A stretch of DNA of 62,599 bases, counting the filler, from Basidiobolus meristosporus CBS 931.73 (taxonomy: Eukaryota > Fungi > Basidiobolomycota): the NCBI GenBank assembly GCA_002104905.1. It is 4 parts of 4 records of this genome, joined end to end, with 100 filler letters (N's around TTAATTAATTAA, not from the genome) between each part and the next. Parts side by side here need not be neighbours in the genome. Positions count along the whole stretch, not along the records: positions 36,927 to 50,829 come from MCFE01001191.1; 3 more parts are not named here. The stretch is one strand, 5' to 3'. Below are positions 37,337-49,100 of the stretch, piece by piece. The translations under genes were made by a program, and so were the position numbers. The notes below the pieces were generated by a model. That model was not told where the DNA came from. It searched no databases and saw nothing but the letters and a program-made list of their open reading frames with translations. Positions within the stretch are counted from its first letter, which is position 1. Each line of letters opens with the position of its first letter.

Positions 37337-38018
37337 GGTACGTTGTGAAGCGGTTTGTGACTACGGTGGAAGTTGAGGCCGAGGCTAAAGCTACGCTTAC
37401 GCTTACGGTTACTGCTACGATGAGAGTAGGGTTGGGTTGTACGTGATAAGGGTGGATTCGAGCCAGATGATATCCAAGAAAATCGGCCAAATCCCTGCGA
37501 TCCAATCGTTACGTTGGATTAATCAGTATCCCGGGCTGGTTTTGGGTCCCATAACTCAGTATCCACCGAATCCCCTTTATAAACCTCCCTCCCGACACCA
37601 GGGGGTTCCCTTAAAAAGGGCCAGTGGCGAGTCAATGCCACGTAGCATGCATTGTGCACTACGCTGAATCGACATCAAGAGATTTTGCTGGCATAATTTT
37701 TTTAAATTGACGGCCTTCTGGCTTCGCTCTGAGCTAAGGCCGTCTTCACCACCAATCATCAGTAGGGCAGTGAGATGCAGTGAGGGATTAATTCGGTTGA
37801 ACTTGCGGGAACCTACCCTACCGTTCCAACCTCTCGGATCGGGGATTTCTCAGGTTGAGGTGATGTATGGGGATCTGATCTCGGGCATAAGGTGTCGTGG
37901 ATTGCCAGCGCACAGAGCTTCGGAGAGTTCTCATCGTTGCGACATGGTTCAATGGTATAAATGGCATGGTTGGCCCCTCTCATCCAAATAGTATTCTTCT
38001 TTCGGTCCAAACCCAACA

Positions 38019-39109
38019 TTGATGAGATCTTCGGCTGCTTGCACCATCCTCTACCTGTTAGTATCAGGCACCCAATGTCTGGCTGGTCCGGTCGATGTGA
38101 AAGCCCTGAAATCCCTGGGCCACACGAGGCTTCTGAGCCATCCACGCCGTTGGCTGCAAACCCAATCCCACACGGTCTCCACGGCTGGCCAACCGTCGAG
38201 CAGCAAAAGATCCCATCCAAAGAAGAGAGATGTTCGCGGCGCGCGTAGAGCACCGAAAGTCAGCTCGACCGGCAAGGTGAAGTTCACCAGGGTCAATCAC
38301 CACCTCCCCAGGAGGTCGAACCATCCCAACGCCCGTGGCTCCAATAGGTTGCCTAGAAGAAACCTTCATCCCCACCTGGATTCGAAGGAAACCGGCAGCG
38401 TACAACGGTTGGCGCGGAGACTGGTGAACAACAGACTGGTGGGTACCGATATCAAAGCATTGAAGCAGGGGAAAGCCCTCGACGCGAAAGTGAAAGCTCT
38501 CCAAGATGCCAACGAGAAGCCTGGTGTGGACGTTGCCGCACTTATCAAGAGGCAGTTGGGCCCCAAGTTGGTCGATGCCAAAGTGGTGGCTCTAACGAAT
38601 GGGAAAACCCTGGATGCCAAAGTCAAGGCCCTTCCGGATGACCAAGGTGAACCGGCGATTGACATCAACGCCCTTGTGAAGCGACAGTTGGTCGCCCCCA
38701 TATCGGAGGGTAGCATGGATGGCTTGAGCGAGGAGGCCTCCGAGGCTAGGCCCGAGCCAATCCAGGGCGCGCCTTCCTTCGTGAAGCGGGCCTAGGCGGT
38801 GACCTGAAGGACGGGAAGCTATTGAACGCAGATATCAAAGCCTTGAAGGACGCCACGGGGACGCACGCCGTCGACGTGGTCGCCATACTGAAGCGGGAAA
38901 TCCAGGAGTTGCTTAGCACCGGTGCTAATGCTGACGAGGGCCTGGATCCCAAGATCGCTGATGGGGAGAGGCACCCCGATGCCCTGGTGAAGCGACTCCT
39001 GGGTGGCAACCTGCTCAGCTCCAGTATCGTGCGCTTGGGGGTTGGGAAGAGTTTATCGCTTAAGGTCAAGGCACTCAATGACCAGGTAAAGATCGATGCA
39101 TCGCCTTAA
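38019..39109 (+). CDS. Secreted repeat protein with multiple KR/RR sites (candidate Kex2-processed peptide precursor), ~363 aa if one G is restored at 38788-38790
   Basis: Hydrophobic N-terminus (MMRSSAACTILYLLVSGTQCLA); repeats of D(A/I/V)(K)VKAL and (V/I)D(V/I)xA(L/I)(V/I/L)KR; the same repeats continue in the next frame (38822-39109). Confidence 0.75.
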
Positions 39110-39289
39110 AGGGCGACGCCAACCCGTTGCCAGGCGGTCAGGTCCAAGTATATGCTGTAGTGGTCACCGCCCCAGCAAAGATTCACCATATACACATGGA
39201 ACGGTTATTTAATAAATTATGCTGATTATGCGTGAGATGAAATCGTGTGACCGTGAACCGATCTGATTGCGATTTAGCCCTGGGTTTCC

Positions 39290-39615
39290 TGTCATCAATG
39301 TGGAACGTAAAGTATCCCTTGGCTTACATCCAAATATTTCCATTTGCTTCGTCATCCCGATTGTCACTTCGCTCTTTGTTGGGATTCTCTTGGAATATTT
39401 CCCCCCCCCATGCCTGGTACCCACAACATCAGGATTCCCAAAGTTGCCCAAGAGCCCCCAAGACTTGCACACAGGCGCTTGATACCTTCCCTAACATATG
39501 TCACGTGCTGGCAAATGTATAACTCCCACTGTTACATCTGATCAATTGTTAAATGAGTCCACATTATCCACTGGCTCTCCCCGTCACTTCCAATGTCTCC
39601 AATACTCTCGCAGCA
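39290..39615 (+). repeat. Old diverged LTR related to Copia A, CpGs retained
   Basis: Shares blocks TTGTTGGGAT, GGTACCCA, CTTGCACAC, TCACTTCCAAT.TCTCCAA with LTR A; no TSD found; boundaries approximate. Confidence 0.55.
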
Positions 39616-39695
39616 ATAATCACTTCCCACAGCTCTCTAGACATAAGGTGCTTTGTGAAGCTCCAGGCTACTTGCAGGCCTTTTGATGTGCTGGG

Positions 39696-40046
39696 TGTTG
39701 TAAGAGTTTTGGAGATATTGGAAGTGACTGGGAGAACAAGTAGGTTATGTGGTTTTCAGGTGATGATTGATTCAATGTAGAAGTAGTATTTATACTGTTA
39801 CATGGTCTTGGCATTACAAGCACATAGAATAGGCTAAGAAAGGCCCCAAGAGCATGAGTGCAAAGTGTGGGGCTGTTTAGACAGCTTTGAGAATTTTCAT
39901 GTTCTGGGTACCTGGTATTTTGGTGAAAACATTCTAAGTAAATCCCAACAAGGAATTTGGTCAGTATTCTCTAGGATTTAAGGGTAATGATCTAAGTGAG
40001 TAAGTTAGGTGAATATTTAGGTGGAATTCCAAATTTTTTTACAACA
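39696..40046 (-). repeat. Copia A LTR (minus) abutting plus-strand gag
   Basis: Full-length reverse LTR; flanks CTGGG and CTAAC do not form a TSD. Confidence 0.9.
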
Positions 40047-43000
40047 CTAACTACCAAGTGTGGAAGGTGAAGATGAAGATGCTGCTACAAGAAAGAGGCC
40101 TTTGGGATATTGTCATGGGAGAAGAATGCCCTCCTAAAAACGCGGGAGAGGAAGCCTTAAAGTACCAGAAGATTGAACAAAGTGCCTTTAACTGCATTTG
40201 CCTTAATGTCAAGGACAAATTGCTAATTCAATGCTCAAGAGCAAAAACAGCAAAGAATGCCTGGAAGGCATTAGAAGACACCTACCAGTCATGTTCAGCT
40301 GCCAAGAAAATGTATCTGAGACGAAAATTCTTTACTACAAAGATGCTGCCAGGAGAAGAAATGAAAAATCTAATTAACAGAATTACCCTGCTGATAGATG
40401 AGATGGAATCTGTGGGTGTACCAATTACTGATGAGGATGTGATAGTTACCATCCTGAATAGCCTGACAGACAAGTTTCAGGGCCTTGTATCAGCCCTAGA
40501 GTCCAGAACTGAAGATTTGACCTTAAATTACGTATATGGAAGGCTCCTGGATGAAGAATTAAGAAAATCAAGCGCCAATAAGAAGGAAGAAGAAAATGCT
40601 TTAATAAGCAATGATAACCAACAAAGGAGGTACCCAAGACCCTACAAAGGCAACAGTAACCTATTTTGCAACTACTGCAAAAGGAAAGGACACACATCAG
40701 ACTGGTGTCTCAAAAAGAAAGATAATCAGCAAAAGAAGCCTGAATATGGAAATGCGGCAACAACTGAAGATAGACTATTCATATCTGCACTAAATATGAC
40801 CACAAACAAGGATTCTCAGACGTGGTATATTGACTCTGGAGCTTCTCAACACTTTACACACCAAAAAGAACTTTTTACCAAATATCAAGAAATTCCAATT
40901 AAGAAGGTGTTCATGGGTGACAATAGAACACTTGATGCAGTGGGAGAAGGAACTATCCAAGTAAACCTAAGAAGCAGTGAAGAAAGCCATACACTGACCT
41001 TTAAAGAAGTACTCTATGTACCAGAAATAGCCAAGAACCTACTCTCTGTAAGCAAGGCCACATCAGAATGACTCAGTTTCAGTTTTGACAATTCTGGATG
41101 CAGGATCACTGATCAAAATGGTGCCCATATTGCTTCGGGCATCAGAGATCAGAATCTATACAAGTTGACTTATATTCCATCATATTTGGAAGCCAATATA
41201 AGTAACTTAAATGAAGAAACACCAATGATTTGGCACAGGAGATTTGGACACATCATTTTTGATTACTTGTGCAAAATGATCAAAGATCAGCTAATTTCTG
41301 GAGTGAAAATTGATCCCCCAGCTAATTTGGAGCACTGTGAAGCCTGCATATATGGGAAACAAGCCAGACAACCATTCAAGAGATCTGGGTTAATCAAAAC
41401 TAAGAAAAAATTAGATCTAATTCACTCAGATCTGTGTGGACCTATGCAAAAATTATCCATAGGCAGGACAAAGTATTTAATCACTTTTATTGATGATTAT
41501 ACAAGATACACATGGGTCTACTTCATGGAGAGAAAGGAAGAAGCTCTGTCTAAGTTCAGGGAGTTTAAAGCCATGGTGGAGAGAGAAACTGGTGAAAAAA
41601 TCAAGAAAATATGCTCTGACAATGGTGGAGAATATACCTCAAAACTCTTCATCCACTTCTGCAAAATTCATGGGATAAAGCAAGAGACTACTGTACCATA
41701 CTCCCCACAGCAAAATGGAGTAGCAGAACAAGCTAACAGATCAATAATTGATATGGCAAGATCTATGATCCATGATCAAAAATTATCCTATGATTTTTGG
41801 GCGGAATCAGTTGCCACTGCTGTATACCTTAAAAATAGGAGTTATAACAGAATACTTTGTGATTCTACTCCATCTGAAGCATGGTATGGATACAGACCAA
41901 GTGCAGAACATCTAAGAATATTTGGGTGCACAGCATATGCCAAAAAACTGGCCGGAAATCAGTCAAAATTTGAGCCAAATAGTGTAAAATGCATATTTTT
42001 GGGCTACTGCAATGCAAGTAAGGCATACAGACTCTACAATACCAAAGCAAAGAAGCTGATCAAGTCCAGGGATGCGTTGTTTGATGAAAATTCAAAATTT
42101 TCACAAAAAATGACATCAGATGATGACAAAAATTTGATCTCAAGTCCACCAACTGTCAGGATTGAATCAGAGCAAAACAATGAAAATTTTTTCACTCCAG
42201 AGGACTCTACAACCGTGGTTCAGCCAGTATCAGTGCCCAGGAATATCCCAGAAGTGATCATTCCAGTATCAAATGCCCAAAGATCCAATCGGACAAGAAA
42301 TAGCCCAAATTACTATATCAATGAGGGTACAAACTTAGCCTATGCCTATTCAGTCCATATTGATGAGCCCCAGACTGTAAAAGAGGCCCTAAATAGCCCT
42401 CAGATGAAGTTTTGGAGATCTGCAATGACTGAGGAATATCAGGCCCTGATGGAAAATCAAACCTGGGACTTAGTCAAATTACCAATCAACCAAAAACCAA
42501 TTGGATGCAGATGGGTCTTCAAGACAAAATACAAGGCTGATGGCACAATTGAAAGATACAAAGCAAGACTTGTAGCCAAAGGATACTCTCAAACAAAAGG
42601 ACTTGACTATACTGAGACCTTTGCACCGGTAGCCAAGTTTAATTCCATCAGATTAATATTGGCTATTGCAGCCAAATATAAGTTTTTTATTCATCAAATG
42701 GATGTAAAAACTGCATTTTTGAATGAAGAACTTGATGAGGAGGTGTATATGGACCAGCCTGATGGGTTTGTTGACCAAGATAACCCCCATTTGGTCTGCA
42801 AGCTTAAAAAGTCACTATATGGTCTCAAACAATCACCAAGAGCCAGGAATTGCAAGATAGATTTTTATTTGGAATCTTTGAGTTTCAAAAGGAGTAATGC
42901 TGACTATAGTATATACTATAAGCCAGATAGAGCAAGTCCAGTTCTATTAGCTCTATATGTGGAGGATCTTATTATAGCCACCAATAACCTAGAAACATTG

Positions 43001-44294
43001 GAAGAGACTAAATCCAGCCTATCTAAGGAGTTCAAGGTGTCCAATCTAGGAGAACTTAGTTACTACTTAGGGATTAAGTTCTTCATAGACAGAAGTACCC
43101 AGACTATTACCCTAAGCCAATCCAAGTATATTCAAGATGTACTAAAGAAGTACAAAATGGAAGACTGTAAACTGGCAGCTACCCAATGGAGACAAACCTT
43201 AACTTGGTCAAAACTCAATTAAATCAAGAGAGCTTGGTGCTATCTGAAAGCCCTGACTTTCCTTATCAATCTATGGTTGGCAGTCTGATGTATATCATGC
43301 TTGAAACACGTCCAGATATCTCATATTCAGTGGGAGTTGTCAGCTAACATAATCAGAATTATGGATCAGATCATATTGCAGCAGTTAAGCGGATTTTTAG
43401 ATACCTAAAAGGAACTGCTGATATCTGCTTAAGATACACTTATAAGGATTCAGAACAGGATCTTGTGGGATACTCTGATGCTGATTGGGGACAAAATTTG
43501 GAAGACAGAAGATCCACCACACAATACACCTTTCTTTACTGTAAAGGAGCCATTTCATGGAATTCAAGAAAGCAACCAACCATAGCACTTTCTACTACAG
43601 AGGCAGAGTATCTGGCAGCCTGTGAAGCTACAAAAGAAGCAATGTGGTTAAGAAAGCTCTTTGCAGATTTAGGCCTATGTCAAAAAATGCCTATTACTTT
43701 ATTTCAAGATAATCAATGATGTATACAATTAGGTAGAAATCCAACTTTTCATGCTAGAACCAAGCACATAGATATTAGACATCATTTCATACAAGAAGCT
43801 ATAGAGAATAACTTAGTTAGCTTAGCTTACTCTCCTACAGATGAAATGATTGCAGACATATTTACCAAACCGTTAGCTAGAGACAAGTTTGAATATCTTA
43901 GGTCAAAATTAGGACTAGTCAGTATGAACATTTAGCTGAGTAGGAGTGTTGTAAAAATTTGTAATTCCACCTAAATATTCACCTAACTTAGTCACTTAGA
44001 TCATCACCTTCAAATCCTAGAGAATACTGACCAAATTCCTTGTTGGGATTTACTTAGAATATTTTCACCAAAATACCAGGTACCCAGAACATGAAGATTC
44101 TCAAAGTTGTCCAAACAGCCCCAAACTTTGCACACATGCTCTTGGGACCTTCCTTAACCTATTCTACGTGTTTGTAATGCCAAGACCAGGTAAAAGTATA
44201 AATACCACTTTTACATTCAATAAATCATTAAGTGAAAACCACATAATCACTTGTCCTCCCAATCACTTCCAATATCTCCAAGACTCTTACAACA
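40047..44294 (+). mobile_element. Copia family A, most complete copy (gag-PR-IN-RT-RH, PPT, 3' LTR); 5' LTR missing
   Basis: ORFs 40058-41071, 41165-43222, 43465-43719; PPT GCTGAGTAGGAG; 3' LTR 43947-44294. Confidence 0.95.
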
Positions 44295-44880
44295 ATATTT
44301 ACACTCTTACCTTGTCTTGGCAAAACAAACACATGCAATATGCTCAGAAAGGCCCCAAGAGCATGTGTGCAAAATTTTGGGCTACCTGGGCAACTTGGAG
44401 ATTTCTGATGTTCTGGATATCTCATGTTTTGGTGAGAATATTCAGGTAAATCATAACAATGAATTTGGTCAGTATTCTCTAAGATTTGTAGGTAATGCTA
44501 TTGATGACTCAGTCAAGTGAATACTTACGTGCAATTAAAAGACTTGCAACACTCCCACTCAACTAGTTATTCATAGTAACTAGTCCCAATTGCTATCTGA
44601 GATATCTGGATTTGTCTCTAGTTAATGATTCAATAAATTTGTCTGCAATCCTTTCATCTGTAGGACAGCAAGCTAAATTAACTAAGCTATTCTCTATAGT
44701 GTCATGTATGATATGATATCTAATATCTCTGTGCTTAGCCCTAGCATGAAGAGTTTGATTGCTATTTAATTGTACACATACTTGATTGTCTTGAAATAAT
44801 GTAGTAAGTGCTATTTGACCTAAGCCCTTAAAAAGATAAATTGACCATATTGCTTGTTCTTTTGCCTCACATGCTGCCAT
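44295..44880 (-). mobile_element. Diverged Copia-A-like 3' remnant (partial LTR, PPT, RNase H)
   Basis: LTR end GACTTGCAACA ~44551 followed by CTCCCACTCAAC; ORF 44593-44880 (LHARAKHRDIRYHII). Confidence 0.75.
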
Positions 44881-44904
44881 ATACTCTGCATATGTACTGG
44901 GAAC

Positions 44905-46163
44905 TGTGGCATGAGTCTTGGAGATGTTATAAGTGATTGGGAGAACAAGAGGGCTATGTGGTTTTCATGTTGAGATTTATTCAATGCACAATTGGTGTTT
45001 ATACTCTTACCTGCTCTTGGAAGACCAAGCCATATGAGTGTGCTTAGAAAGGTCCCAAGAGCATGTGTGCAAATTTTGGTTCTGTTTGGGCAACTTTAAG
45101 AATTTGAATGAACTAGGTACCTGGAGTTTTGGTGAGAATATTGTAAATTCTGTAAGAGTCTTGGAGATATTGGAAGTGATATGGGAGGCCAAGTAGATTA
45201 CATGGCTTTCACTTAATGATTTATTGAATGTAAAAGTAGTATTTATACTTTTACATGGTCTGGCATAAAAAACATGCAGAGTGGGTTACAAAAGGTCCCA
45301 AGAGCATGTGTGCAAAATTTGGGGCTGTTTGGACAACTTTGAGAATTTTCATGTTCTGGGTACCTGGTATTTTGGTAAAAACATTCAAAGTAAATCCCAG
45401 CAAGAAATTTGGTCAGTATTCCCAGGGATTTGAAGGTAATGATCTATGTGACTAAGTTAGGTGAACATTTAGGTGGAATCACAAATTTTTACAACAGTTA
45501 TGAGCCCTGAACTGTCACTCACTGCAATGCCTACTATTGCTATCACTGGAATTTTTCCCTCTGCTGAAAAGTTGGATGTATCTAACTACCAAGTGTGCAA
45601 GGTGAAGATGAAGATGCTGCTACAAGAAAGAGGCCTTTGGGATATGGTAATGTAGAAGAATGCCCTCCTAGAATTGTGGGAGAGTATGCTTTAAAGTACC
45701 AGAAGAAAAAACAAAGTGCCTTTAACTACCTTAGCCTCAATGTCAAAGACAAATTGCTAATTCAATTCTCAAGAGCACAAATGGCAAGGAATGCCCAGGA
45801 AGGCGTTAGGACATACATATCAGCCATATTCAGCTGCTAAGAAAATATATCTTAGACAGTGATTCTTCACTTTGAAGATGCTGCCAGGAGAAGAAATGAA
45901 AGATCCAATAACAGTATTACCATGCTGATTGATGTGATAGAATATATGAGCATACCAACTGCTGATGAAGATGTGATAGTTGTTGTAAAAAACTTGTAAT
46001 TCCATCTAAATATTCATCTATCTTTGTCACATAGATCATTACCTTCAAATCCTAGAGAATACAGACCAAATTCCTTGTTGGGACTTACTTAGAATATTTA
46101 CGCAGAACATGAAAGTTCTCAAAGTTGTCCAAACAGCCCCAGACTTTGCCCACATGTTCTTGA
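44905..46163. mobile_element. Jumble of Copia A LTR pieces and a gag fragment
   Basis: Minus LTR pieces 44905-45496; PBS GTTATGAGCCC 45497-45507 and plus gag to 45978; partial plus LTR 45979-46163. Confidence 0.8.
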
Positions 46164-49100
46164 TGTTGTAAGAGTTTTGGAGATATTGGAAATGATTGGG
46201 AGAACAAGTAGAGTATGTGGTTTTCACTTAATGATTTATTGAATGTAAAGTAGTATTTATACTTTTACATGGTCTTGGCATTACAAGCACATAGAATAGG
46301 CTAAGAAAGGCCCCAAGAGCATGAGTGCAAAGTGTGGGGCTGTTTAGACAGCTTTGAGAATTTTCATGTTCTGGGTACCTGGTATTTTGGTGAAAACATT
46401 CCAAGTAAATCCAGCAAGGAATTTGGTCAGTATTCTCTAGGATTTGAGGGTAATGATCCAAGTAACTAAGTTAGGTGAATATTTAGGAGGAATTACAAAC
46501 TTTTACAACACTCCCACCCAGCTAAATGTTCATACTGACTAGTCCTAATTTTGACCCAAGATATTCAAACTTGTCTCTAGCTAATGGTTTGGTAAATATG
46601 TCTGCAATCACTTCAACTGTAGGACAGTATACTAAGCTAACTAAGTTATTCTCTATAGCTTCACGTATGAAATGATGTCTAATATCTATGTGCTTAGTTC
46701 TAGCATGAAAAGTTGGATATCTACCTAATTGTATACATCCTTCATTATCTTGAAATAAAGTAATAGGTGTTTTTTGACATAGGCCTAAATCTGCAAAAAG
46801 CTTTCTTAGCCACATTGCTTCTTTGTAGCTTCACAGGCTGCCATGTACTCTGCCTCTGTGGTAGAAAGTGCTACGGTTAGTTGCTTTCTTGAATTCCATG
46901 AAATTGCTCCTTTACAGTAAAGAAAGGTGTATCCTGTGGTGGATCTTCTGTCTTCTAAATTTTGACCCCAATCAGCAACAGAGTATCCCACAAGATCCTG
47001 TTCTGAATCCTTATAAGTGTATCTTAAGCAGATATCAGCAGTTCCTTTTAGGTATCTAAAAATATGCTAACTGCTGCAATATGATCAGATCCATAATTCT
47101 GATTATGTTAGCTGACAACTCCCACTGAATATGAGATATCTGGACGTGCTCCAAGCATGATATACATCAGACTGCCAACCATAGATTGATAAGGAAAGTC
47201 AGGGCTTTCAGATGGCACCAAGCTCTCTTGATTTGGTTGAGTTTTGACCAAGTTAAGGTTTGCCTCCATTGGGGTAGCTGCTGGTTTACATTTTTCTATT
47301 TGGTACTTCTTTAGTATATCTTGAATATACTTGGATTGGCCTAGGGTGATAGTCTGGGTACTTCTGTCTATGGAGAACTTAATCCCTAAGTAGTAACTAA
47401 GTTCTCCTAGATTGGACACCTTGAACTCCTTAGATAGGCTGGATTTAGTCTCTTCCAATGTTTCTAGGTTATTGGTGGCTATAATAAGATCCTCCACATA
47501 TAGAGCTAATAGAACTGGATTGGCTCTATATGGCTTATAGTATATATTATAGTCAGCATTACTCCTTTTGAAACTCAAAGATTCCAAATAAAAATCTATC
47601 TTGCAATTCCTGGCTCTTGGTGATTGTTTGAGACCATATAGTGACTTTTTAAGCTTGCAGACCAAATGGGGCTTATCTTGGTCAACAAACCCTTCAGGCT
47701 GGTCCATATACATCTCCTCATCAAGTTCTCCATTCAAAAATGCAGTTTTTACTTTTATTTGATGAATAAAAAACTAATATTTGGCTGCAATAGCCATTTT
47801 TAATCTGATGGAATTAAACTTGGCTACCGGTGCAAAGGTCTCAGTATAGTCAAGTCCTTTTGTTTGAGAGTATCCTTTGGCTACAAGTCTTGCTTTGTAT
47901 CTTTCAATTGTACTATCAGCCTTGTATTTTGTTTTGAAGACCCATCTGCATTCAATTGATTTTTGGTTGATTGGTAATTTGACCAAGTCCCAAGTTTGAT
48001 TTTCCATCAGGGCCTGATATTCCTCAGTCATTGCAGATCTCCAGAACTTTGTATGAGGGCTATTTAGGGCTTATTTTACAGTCTGGGGCTCATCAATATA
48101 GACTGAATAGGCATAGGCTAAGTTTGTACCCTCATTGATATGGTAATTTGGGCTATTTCTTGTCCAATTGGATCTCTAGGCATTTGATACTAGAATGATC
48201 ACTTCTGGGATATTCCTGGGCACTGATTCTGGCTGAACCATGGTTGTAGAGTCCTTTGGGGTGAAAAAATTTTCACTGTTTTGCGCTGATTCAATCCTGA
48301 CAATTGTTGGACATGGGATCAGATTTTGTCATCCTCTGATGCCATTTTTTGTGAAAATTTTGAATTTTCATCATACAGCACATCCCTGGATTTGATTGGC
48401 TTCTTTGATTTGGTATTGTAGAGTCTGTATGCTTTACTCTCATTGCAGTAGCCCAAAAATATGCATTTTACACTTGTTGGCTCAAATTTTGATTGATTTA
48501 CTGGCAGTTTCTTGGCATATGCTGTATACCCAAATATTGTTAAATGTTCTGAGCTTGGTCTGTATCCATACCATGCTTCAAATGGAGTAGAATCTCAAAG
48601 TATTCTGTTATAACTCCTATTTTTAAGATATACAGCAGTGGTAACTGATTCCACCCAAAAATCATAGATTAGTTTTTGATCATGGATCATAGATCTTGCC
48701 ATATCAATTATTGATCTGTTAGCACATTCTGCTACTTCATTTTGCTGTGGGGAGTATGGTACAGTAGTCTCTTGCTTTATCCCATGAATTTTGCAGAAGT
48801 GCATGAAGAGTTTTGAGGTATATTCTCCACCGCTGTCAGAGCATATTTTCTTGATTTTTTCACCATTTTGTCTCTCCACCATGGCTTTGAGCTCCTTGAG
48901 CTTAGACAGAGCTTCTTTATTTCCCTCCATGAAGTAGACCCATGTGTATCTGATAAAATCATCTATAAAAGTGATTAAATACTTCATCCTGCCTAAGGGT
49001 AAATTTTGCATAGATCTGCACAGATCTGAGTGAATTAGATCCAATTTTTTCTTAGTATTGATCAACCCAGAGCTCTTGAACAGTTGTCTGGCTTGTTTCC

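Noticed and set aside
37813-39078. Several 80-146-aa antisense ORFs over the secreted-protein gene
   Set aside because: Expected shadows of a GC-rich coding strand; no motifs.
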